Shown: positions 1 through 5,395 of the stretch, in pieces | Position numbering within the stretch: the first letter of the stretch is position 1 | How the letters are laid out: each line of letters starts with the position of its first letter | Source of the DNA: a virus | Virus record (IMG/VR): IMGVR_UViG_3300045988_063657 | Span: 1-5,804 of that record | Direction: 5' to 3' (one strand) | Length of the DNA stretch: 5,804 bases | The notes under the pieces: generated by a model | What the model was told of the DNA's origin: nothing | The model's database searches: none | The model's input: the letters and a program-made list of their open reading frames with translations, nothing else | Translations under genes and position numbers: made by a program

Positions 1-119
1 GTTTTTTTTTTTTTGGTAAAATTGACATAGAGAGCCGGCGCCAGAAAACGAAAGGAGAAAGCACTGCCTCCGGCGCCGGTGATCTGTGCTTCAATTCTAT
101 TTTTACAAATCTGAAAAGA
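1..119. repeat. Terminal direct repeat, copy 1 (circular-assembly overlap)
   Basis: G + T13 + GGTAAAATTGACATAGAGAGCCGGCGCC...CTGAAAAGA read base by base is identical to 5686..5804. Confidence 0.95.
34..80. repeat. GC-rich inverted repeat / hairpin in the main intergenic region
   Basis: CCGGCGCC at 35..42 pairs with GGCGCCGG at 72..79 (8 bp, plus a G:T at 34/80). An inner GGAG 54..57 pairs with CTCC 68..71. 70..79 CCGGCGCCGG is itself a perfect 10-bp palindrome. The flanks are AT-rich. Confidence 0.6.
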
Positions 120-133
120 AAGGAGGTGTTGCA

Positions 134-238
134 ATGATTACTATTAAGGAGATCAAGGGCATCTTTAATCAGCTGCGCAAGATCCTAGCCATGCTGGACA
201 AGATCTATCACGCAATGGGACTGGACAAGGAGGAATAA
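134..238 (+). CDS. Hypothetical 34-aa protein (MITIKEIKGIFNQLRKILAMLDKIYHAMGLDKEE), predicted amphipathic helix
   Basis: ATG at 134 lies 7 nt after AGGAGG (121..126). The TAA at 236..238 is 1 nt before the next ATG, suggesting coupled translation. It is too short for the supplied ORF track. I recognise no homology. Confidence 0.5.
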   Translation: MITIKEIKGIFNQLRKILAMLDKIYHAMGLDKEE

Positions 239-239
239 T

Positions 240-359
240 ATGGCTCACAGAATGCCGGTCAACCCGAAAAAGGACAAGCGAGTGTTTACGAACACCGCGA
301 AGAAAACCAAGAAAATCAATGTCAATCCGAAGCCGTCGCGTGGCGGGATCCGACTGTAA
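240..359 (+). CDS. VP8: Small basic DNA-binding/packaging protein (gokushovirus VP8, phiX174 J-like), 39 aa
   Basis: MAHRMPVNPKKDKRVFTNTAKKTKKINVNPKPSRGGIRL has 12 Lys/Arg in 39 aa. The C-terminal RGGIRL matches the RGGIR(L/M) tail I recall for gokushovirus ORF8 proteins. AGGAGG 228..233 lies 6 nt before the ATG. Confidence 0.75.
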   Translation: MAHRMPVNPKKDKRVFTNTAKKTKKINVNPKPSRGGIRL

Positions 360-456
360 AGGAGAAACAATATAGTAGACATCCTACAGAGCACAACAAT
401 CGTGCTCATCGCCGCATACATCATCATGAACGAGATCAGAAATTGGAGGAAGTAAG

Positions 457-720
457 ATGGAATATCAGGTTTACGCAATCAAAGATGAACTGGCAGGGAC
501 CTTCGGCAATCTCATGGTGGTCAACGAGAAGGTGGCCGAACGGACGATGAAGTGGATGGCCCAGGAGATGGAGAAGGCCGACTGCGAGGATAAGCGGGTC
601 TATCTGCTGGGCAGCTATGACAACGAAACCGGCCTGATCAGGCCAGAGCAGCTGCCGCGCCTGATGTACAATCTCGAGCTGATGAAGAAGGAGCAGACGA
701 ATGGGAGTCAGAATCTTTAA
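457..720 (+). CDS. VP5: Gokushovirus VP5-like nonstructural protein, 87 aa
   Basis: GGAGGA 445..450 lies 6 nt before the ATG. The N-terminal YQVYAIKDELAGTFGNLMVVNEKVAERTM and the later YLLGSYDNETGLI...PRL follow the pattern I recall for ORF5 proteins (V.D.K...F..P......A.R.F ... L..G.FD..TG). The position just upstream of VP3 is typical. Confidence 0.65.
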   Translation: MEYQVYAIKDELAGTFGNLMVVNEKVAERTMKWMAQEMEKADCEDKRVYLLGSYDNETGLIRPEQLPRLMYNLELMKKEQTNGSQNL

Positions 721-1198
721 GCCCTACGAGGACGAAAAACCGGCTGCACTGCCGAACGACCCGGGAAACCGGTTTGAGCCGGAGTACAAAGAGCGCTATG
801 ATGACCGCGGACAGCCGTACCTTGAAAAGGTCGGCGAGGTGGACACATACGAAAAAATCCAGAGCTACAAGGACGAATGCGACGTCATGGCTATCCTGAG
901 CCGGTATGCTGCCGGAGACGAAAATGTCTTGGCAAAGCCGGGCTGGTACATCGACACCAGCCGTCTGCCGCAGACCTACACGGAGTATATGAACCTCATG
1001 AACGAAAAGCGGGAAGAGTTTAATCAGCTGCCGCTCTCCATCCGTCAGGCATTCGGCATGAACTTCGAAAACTGGATGGCAACGGCCGGTGAACAGGAGT
1101 GGCTGGAGAAAATGGGCATCAAAATTCAGCAGAATGCACAGGAAAAGGAAGCTGCAGCAACCGAAACCATTGTGCAGAAAGGAGAAAATAAAGAATGA
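701..1198 (+). CDS. VP3: Internal scaffolding protein VP3, 165 aa
   Basis: AAGGAG 688..693 lies 7 nt before the ATG. It overlaps the VP5-like ORF by 20 nt, and its TGA overlaps the VP1 ATG (ATGA at 1195..1198). Motifs QSYKDECDVMAILSRY and FNQLPLSIRQAFGMNFENW match the conserved core of gokushovirus scaffold proteins. The C-terminus is acidic. Confidence 0.8.
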   Translation: MGVRIFKPYEDEKPAALPNDPGNRFEPEYKERYDDRGQPYLEKVGEVDTYEKIQSYKDECDVMAILSRYAAGDENVLAKPGWYIDTSRLPQTYTEYMNLMNEKREEFNQLPLSIRQAFGMNFENWMATAGEQEWLEKMGIKIQQNAQEKEAAATETIVQKGENKE

Positions 1199-2856
1199 AC
1201 CGCAATGCTGAACAGCACTATTCGCAGGTGCCTCATGCAAACGTGCCGCGCGCACGCTTCAAGCGGGACTATTCCTTGCTTACCACGATGAACGAAGGCG
1301 ACCTGGTCCCGATCTACTGCGATGAGGTATTGCCGGCCGACACGGCAAAAATCGATCTCAATGCTCTGATGCGCATGAGCACCCCGCTGTTTCCTGTTAT
1401 GGATAACTGCTACTGTGACTTTTACTTCTTCTTCGTACCGTCGCGCTTGCTGTGGGAGCACTTCGAAAACCTGATGGGGCAAAACGACTCTACTTTCTGG
1501 GCAGAGCCTGTGGAGTACACAACTCCTAAAACGACTGCACCGTCTGGCGGCTGGAACGTAGGAACGCTGGCAGATTACTTCGGGATCCCGACCGGGATAG
1601 CAAACCTTCAGGTGAACTCGCTGCCGTTCCGGGCATATGCCAAGATCTGGAACGAATGGTTCCGAGACGAAAACCTGCAGCAGCCTGTCACGATGAGCAA
1701 GACGGACGCAACCACGACCGGCAGCAACACCGGAACAAACCTCACAGACGCAGAAGCAGGCGGTCTGCCGCTGAAAGTCTGCAAGTACAAGGATTACTTC
1801 ACAAGCTGCCTGCCGAATCCGCAAAAAGGAAACGCGGTAACACTGCCGATGACTGGTAACGCACCGATAGAAGCATATCTCGATACAGACATGACAAAAG
1901 AAGCAGGCTGGTTAAAACAAAAATCGAACGGACACGTAAGCTACCCATGGGCATGGGACGAAAGCGAAAAAGCAACGCTAATGCAAAACGGCTCGATGGA
2001 AGGAGTCATCTTAAACGATGACTATTTATTTAGCGACCAATACGGCAACGAAACAAGTGATAAGGCATACATCGGCGCAAACCTGAGCAAAATACAAGCA
2101 ACAACCATCAACGAACTCCGTCAGGCCATCGCAGTGCAACACATCCTGGAACGCGATGCACGAACCGGCACCCGGTACAAAGAGTACCTGCAGGGAGCTT
2201 GGGGCGTGACCAGCCCGGATGCACGTCTTGACCGGTCGGAGTACATCGGCGGCTACAGACTGCCGATCAACATCAATCAGGTTATCCAGACGTCGGCAAC
2301 CGACACGACCAGTCCGCAGGGCAACACAGCAGCGTTCTCCATGACCACAATGAGCCGAAACATGGCTACCTACTCAGCAACGGAGCACGGCTTTATCATC
2401 GGTCTGGCAGCGGTCAGAGTTGATCACAGCTATCAGCAGGGACTGCCTCGTATGTGGACGCGCAGCACACGCTTTAGCTACTATGATCCGATGCTGGCAA
2501 ACCTGGGCGAACAGGCGGTTCTTAATCAGGAGATCTATGCACAGGGCAACGCACAGGACGAAGAAGTCTTTGGCTATCAGGAAGCCTGGGCCGATTACAG
2601 ATACCACATCAACATGATCACCGGAGAAATGCGCAGCACCTACTCTAAAACTCTGGACGCATGGCACTACGCAGACAAATACGATAAATTGCCCAAACTG
2701 TCCAGCGACTGGATCAAAGAAGGTACGGAAAACATTGACCGGACGATCGCAGTGCAAAGCGAAAAAAGCCGCCAGTTTATCTGCAACTTCTATTTTGACC
2801 AAACCTGGACGCGAGCGATGCCGATCTACAGCCTGCCGGGCCTTGATACGATCTAA
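1195..2856 (+). CDS. VP1: Major capsid protein VP1 (phiX174 F-like), 553 aa
   Basis: The largest ORF. N-terminal HYSQVP...PRARFKRDYSLLTTMNEGDLVPIYCDEVLPADT, DYFTSCLPNPQKG and TINELRQAIAVQHILERDARTGTRY are hallmark Microviridae capsid motifs. AAAGGAGAAA at 1178..1187 lies upstream. Confidence 0.95.
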   Translation: MNRNAEQHYSQVPHANVPRARFKRDYSLLTTMNEGDLVPIYCDEVLPADTAKIDLNALMRMSTPLFPVMDNCYCDFYFFFVPSRLLWEHFENLMGQNDSTFWAEPVEYTTPKTTAPSGGWNVGTLADYFGIPTGIANLQVNSLPFRAYAKIWNEWFRDENLQQPVTMSKTDATTTGSNTGTNLTDAEAGGLPLKVCKYKDYFTSCLPNPQKGNAVTLPMTGNAPIEAYLDTDMTKEAGWLKQKSNGHVSYPWAWDESEKATLMQNGSMEGVILNDDYLFSDQYGNETSDKAYIGANLSKIQATTINELRQAIAVQHILERDARTGTRYKEYLQGAWGVTSPDARLDRSEYIGGYRLPININQVIQTSATDTTSPQGNTAAFSMTTMSRNMATYSATEHGFIIGLAAVRVDHSYQQGLPRMWTRSTRFSYYDPMLANLGEQAVLNQEIYAQGNAQDEEVFGYQEAWADYRYHINMITGEMRSTYSKTLDAWHYADKYDKLPKLSSDWIKEGTENIDRTIAVQSEKSRQFICNFYFDQTWTRAMPIYSLPGLDTI

Positions 2857-2868
2857 GGGGGTGCAGAT

Positions 2869-3795
2869 ATGGCACTCGCATTAGGGGCAGCGATAAAAGC
2901 CGGACTGGGCATAGCAAGCACACTGGCAAGCATCTACAGCACTATCAGAGGGAGCACATCGAGCGCACGACAGCAAGGCACGATGCAAAACACTATACAA
3001 AGCGGTACGACCATGGGAAGCACCGCGCAGGACACCACAAGCACGGGAGTAAGCACTCAGACAGGCAACACCGGAGCACTGGGCAATCTACTGTCAACGG
3101 CGCTTGGAACGCCGACCGGCAATAACGCCGGAGACGCCGCACAGTTTAACGCCGGACAAGCACAAACGGCCAACAACCTTCAGGGAGCACAATGGAATCT
3201 GGGCAATCTCATCAATATGGGCAGTATGCTGGCATCCAACGCGATGAGTGCAGCAAGCCAAAGCAGCGCAATGCGATACAACTCCAAAGAGGCCAAAGCT
3301 CAAAGAGACTGGCAAGAACGCATGAGCAGCACCAGCTACCAGAGAGGGGTCAAAGACCTCGAAGCAGCGGGGCTTAACCCGGTACTGGCAGCATACAACG
3401 GCTTCGGAGCACAAACGCCGTCAGGCGGCTACGGGAGCCTTGGCGGGGGGCAGACCTTCGGTCATACTCAGGCTATGGCAATACCGGCCGCAAAGAATGC
3501 GAACATGCAAGCCATGTACGATTATGGAAACAACACAGCCCAGATCGTGGAGAACTTCCAAGCAGCAATCAACAGCGCAAAACAAACGTCAGACTATCGA
3601 ACGGTTGAACACCTGGAACAGATGCAGCAGCAGACCGTAAGCAGCAGCGCAAAGACCGTGGGCCAGCTGGCAGAGGCCGGCAGAAGCAGCAGCGCTCAGA
3701 CCTCGACCACCAAAGAAAACACCGACAGCAAACAGGTCAACGTAGGCGGTGAAGTGTCCGGCGAGTGGACAAACAAAAAAGACCGCAGAAGATAG
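2869..3795 (+). CDS. VP2: DNA pilot / minor capsid protein VP2 (phiX174 H-like), 308 aa
   Basis: It lies immediately after VP1. AGGGGGTG 2856..2863 is 5 nt before the ATG. The protein is low-complexity (Gly/Ala/Ser/Thr/Gln/Asn-rich) with a central SYQRGVKDLEAAGLNPVLAAY motif typical of gokushovirus VP2. Confidence 0.85.
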   Translation: MALALGAAIKAGLGIASTLASIYSTIRGSTSSARQQGTMQNTIQSGTTMGSTAQDTTSTGVSTQTGNTGALGNLLSTALGTPTGNNAGDAAQFNAGQAQTANNLQGAQWNLGNLINMGSMLASNAMSAASQSSAMRYNSKEAKAQRDWQERMSSTSYQRGVKDLEAAGLNPVLAAYNGFGAQTPSGGYGSLGGGQTFGHTQAMAIPAAKNANMQAMYDYGNNTAQIVENFQAAINSAKQTSDYRTVEHLEQMQQQTVSSSAKTVGQLAEAGRSSSAQTSTTKENTDSKQVNVGGEVSGEWTNKKDRRR

Positions 3796-3824
3796 TTGAC
3801 AAACACAGAAAAGAGGTGTATATT
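3796..3824 (+). promoter_or_regulatory. Sigma70-type promoter for the RHH-VP4 unit: TTGACA (3796..3801), 17 nt, TATATT (3819..3824)
   Basis: Perfect -35, exact 17-nt spacer, 5/6 -10. It starts 1 nt after the VP2 stop and lies about 40 nt upstream of the RHH ATG. It is paralogous to the promoter at 5425. Confidence 0.75.
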
Positions 3825-3847
3825 ATGAGTGTACCAATCACACACTT
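3813..3847. promoter_or_regulatory. Operator-like repeats over the -10 and transcription start: two direct RGTGTA copies 13 bp apart plus one inverted copy
   Basis: GGTGTA at 3815..3820 and AGTGTA at 3828..3833 (GTGTA starts at 3816 and 3829). AGTGT 3828..3832 and ACACT 3842..3846 form an imperfect palindrome, TGAGTGT/ACACTTA. The same motif and spacing recur at the 5425 promoter. Confidence 0.55.
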
Positions 3848-3864
3848 AAGTTAGGAGTAAAACT

Positions 3865-4068
3865 ATGAAGAGCCAGATTGCAAAGAGAATCAACATCAAT
3901 TTGACCGACAGAGAGCAAATAGCACTGGAAAACCTCGAACAAGAAATGGCAAACAGAGGGTGGAAAATGACCACCAGCGACATTATCAGAGAAGCAATAG
4001 TAAACTACTGCGAAAAGGAAACGGGATACACATTCGCCAATGAGTGGAAGCTCAGAGAAACGAAGTGA
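3865..4068 (+). CDS. Ribbon-helix-helix (CopG/Arc/MetJ-type) DNA-binding protein, 67 aa
   Basis: AGGAG 3853..3857 lies 7 nt before the ATG. KRININL has the alternating pattern of a beta-strand. It is followed by helix TDREQIALENLEQEMANRG, a turn, then helix TSDIIREAIVNYCEK. This closely parallels my recollection of pMV158 CopG (KKRLTITLSESVLENLEKMAREMGLSKSAMISVALENYKK). Confidence 0.7.
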   Translation: MKSQIAKRININLTDREQIALENLEQEMANRGWKMTTSDIIREAIVNYCEKETGYTFANEWKLRETK

Positions 4069-4089
4069 CCGGGGAGACCCGGCCACTTC
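4062..4089 (+). other. Hairpin overlapping the RHH stop codon, with a GAGA tetraloop
   Basis: GAAGTG 4062..4067 pairs with CACTTC 4084..4089. CCGGG 4069..4073 pairs with CCCGG 4078..4082. There is one A/C mismatch (4068/4083), and the loop is GAGA 4074..4077. A T7 run sits at 4109..4115, 20 nt downstream rather than adjacent. Confidence 0.55.
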
Positions 4090-4136
4090 TGCAACATTTA
4101 TCCATAGGTTTTTTTGAGCAAGAGCTAAATTTTGTG

Positions 4137-4181
4137 TCAATGGGCCCCTATAACATCAAGAGGGTTATAGGGGCCCATTGA
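4137..4181. repeat. Perfect 18-bp inverted repeat (hairpin) with a 9-nt loop, between the RHH and Rep genes
   Basis: TCAATGGGCCCCTATAAC 4137..4154 is the exact reverse complement of GTTATAGGGGCCCATTGA 4164..4181. The loop is ATCAAGAGG 4155..4163. No T-tract follows. Confidence 0.9.
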
Positions 4182-4202
4182 GGAAAGGCGCAGCGAAACT
4201 AT

Positions 4203-5312
4203 ATGTCATGTACGAGACCGCTCATCAGAATACCGACAAGCGACGGAGATTTCCGCGTAGTAAGCCTGAAAGGATACTTAAACCACAGCGGAAAGAACCT
4301 GGAATTTATCGCGGATAAAGAGCGTCAAGATCTGAACGAGAAAAAAATCAAAGAGCTGATAAAAACTCAAGAAGCGCAGCTGCTACCGTGCGGACAATGT
4401 CCAGGATGCAAAATGGCAGCTGCGTCCAGCTGGGCAAACAGAATGGAGCTAGAGCTGCCATACCATCAAAACGCATGGTTCATCACGTTTACATACGATG
4501 ACGATAATGTGCCATACCGGATGACATGGGACGAAGGGACCGGCGAAGTACTAGTAGAAAATTACAGTCTACGATATGAGGATATGCAAAAGTTCTGGAA
4601 ACGCCTGAGAAGGTACATGGATTATCACAAGATAAACAACGGAAAACTGATGTACTTCCAATGTGGTGAATATGGCGGAAAAACACACAGACCACATTAT
4701 CATGCAATAGTTTACGATATACCGTTCAAAAAAGACGAGTTGAAGATCTACAAAAAGAAAAACGGCGCTGTATATTACAACGTCGATTGGATAACGGACC
4801 TGTGGGGAATGGGTCATGTGGTCATCGCAGCAGCAGAGTGGAAAGCGATGGCATACACAGCAAGATACACCACAAAGAAGGTTTATGGAAAGGAAGGAAA
4901 AGAATTTTACAAAGAGCTGGGAATCTTACCTGAAAAGTGTAACATGAGCAAAAGACCAGCGATCGGAGCAAAATACTTTGAAGAACATAGCGCAGAAATC
5001 TATGAAAAAGACAAAATCCAGCTGAAGAACGGAAAAGTTTGTAAACCGCCGAGATATTTTGATAAGCTATACGATGCACAGTGTCTAAAAAAACCACTCT
5101 CAGACAAAGAGGTAGAAGACATTGAGCTAGTAATAGAAAAAGCCGAGTCCGATGAGCTCAAAGCGATAAAGAGAAAACGTCGTAAGTTAGCAAATGACGC
5201 ACTCTTCGCCAGGCTCAAGCAGAACAACGGCTTAACCATGCAAGAGTATTATAGCAAAGAGGAACAGAAAATACAAGACAGGTTCAGAAAGCTAATCCGG
5301 GAAGAAATCTAA
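4203..5312 (+). CDS. VP4: Rolling-circle replication initiator VP4 (HUH endonuclease, phiX174 A-like), 369 aa
   Basis: Motif 1 is FITFTYDD (from 4479). The HUH motif is RPHYHAIVY (CAT TAT CAT at 4695..4703). The double-tyrosine motif is YTARYTTKK (Y218 at 4854, Y222 at 4866). CGQCPGCK followed by SWANR is typical of microvirus Rep. The SD is weak or distant (GGAAAGG ends 14 nt before the ATG). Confidence 0.92.
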   Translation: MSCTRPLIRIPTSDGDFRVVSLKGYLNHSGKNLEFIADKERQDLNEKKIKELIKTQEAQLLPCGQCPGCKMAAASSWANRMELELPYHQNAWFITFTYDDDNVPYRMTWDEGTGEVLVENYSLRYEDMQKFWKRLRRYMDYHKINNGKLMYFQCGEYGGKTHRPHYHAIVYDIPFKKDELKIYKKKNGAVYYNVDWITDLWGMGHVVIAAAEWKAMAYTARYTTKKVYGKEGKEFYKELGILPEKCNMSKRPAIGAKYFEEHSAEIYEKDKIQLKNGKVCKPPRYFDKLYDAQCLKKPLSDKEVEDIELVIEKAESDELKAIKRKRRKLANDALFARLKQNNGLTMQEYYSKEEQKIQDRFRKLIREEI

Positions 5313-5335
5313 AGAACGGCTGAATAAGGGAATGC

Positions 5336-5371
5336 AGACGGCGTGGCTACGAAAGGCTACGCCGTCTTCTT
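5336..5371 (+). terminator. Putative intrinsic terminator after VP4
   Basis: AGACGGCGT 5336..5344 pairs with ACGCCGTCT 5359..5367 (9 bp). In RNA the stem extends by G:U, G:C, C:G and U:G pairs to a 6-nt loop, ACGAAA. It is followed by a pyrimidine-rich CTTCTTC rather than a clean U-tract. Confidence 0.45.
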
Positions 5372-5376
5372 CGTAC

Positions 5377-5395
5377 GGCCCGGGGCGGCCGGGCC
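5377..5395. repeat. 7-bp all-GC hairpin
   Basis: GGCCCGG 5377..5383 pairs with CCGGGCC 5389..5395. The loop is GGCGG. Confidence 0.6.

Noticed and set aside
22-27. Third TTGACA hexamer in the main intergenic region, considered as a promoter for the structural operon
   Set aside because: The sequence 16-18 nt downstream is CAGAAAACG, with no TAnnnT-type -10. The GC hairpin begins right after the hexamer. A single hexamer is expected by chance about once or twice in a genome this size.
1656-1859. Plus-strand out-of-frame ORF inside VP1 (67 aa, extremely Arg/His/Gln-rich), considered as a phiX174-style embedded gene
   Set aside because: There is no SD before the ATG. The composition is low-complexity and basic, typical of an off-frame reading of an A/C/G-rich gene, and there is no hydrophobic segment. 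I cannot exclude it without conservation analysis.
2420-2617. Plus-strand TTG-start ORF inside VP1 (65 aa) with a semi-hydrophobic N-terminus and basic tail, considered as an E-like lysis gene
   Set aside because: The N-terminal stretch is interrupted by R, D and R, so it is not a credible transmembrane helix. It also has no SD and a TTG start.
3192-3640. Two plus-strand off-frame ORFs inside VP2 (3192..3377 and 3440..3640)
   Set aside because: Both give polar Gln/Arg/Ser-rich low-complexity products. The GGGAG-like sequences lie only 4 nt and 2 nt from the starts, one start is TTG, and neither has a domain-like pattern.
3817-3827. TGTATATTATG is identical to 11 consecutive nt of E. coli dif as I recall it (central TGTATA plus TTATG of the XerD arm). 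This is relevant because some gokushovirus prophages integrate at dif via XerCD.
   Set aside because: The rest of both arms does not match: 0 of 11 for the XerC arm and 0 of 6 for the remaining XerD arm. The inner CATAA/TTATG symmetry is missing. The segment is better explained as the -10 box plus a GTGTA repeat. Only comparison with the true host's dif site could revive the idea.
3865-4068. RHH protein as the antitoxin of a toxin-antitoxin pair, or as a ParG-like partition protein
   Set aside because: No toxin-sized ORF and no ParA-like ATPase follows or precedes it. The adjacent gene is Rep. The CopG-type regulator interpretation fits the context better.
4155-4163. The hairpin loop read on the minus strand contains CTTGAT, resembling the CAACTTGATA nick region of the phiX174 origin
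   Set aside because: The match is only 6 nt and lies on the strand complementary to the coding (viral) strand, whereas Rep must nick the viral strand. I treat it as coincidence.
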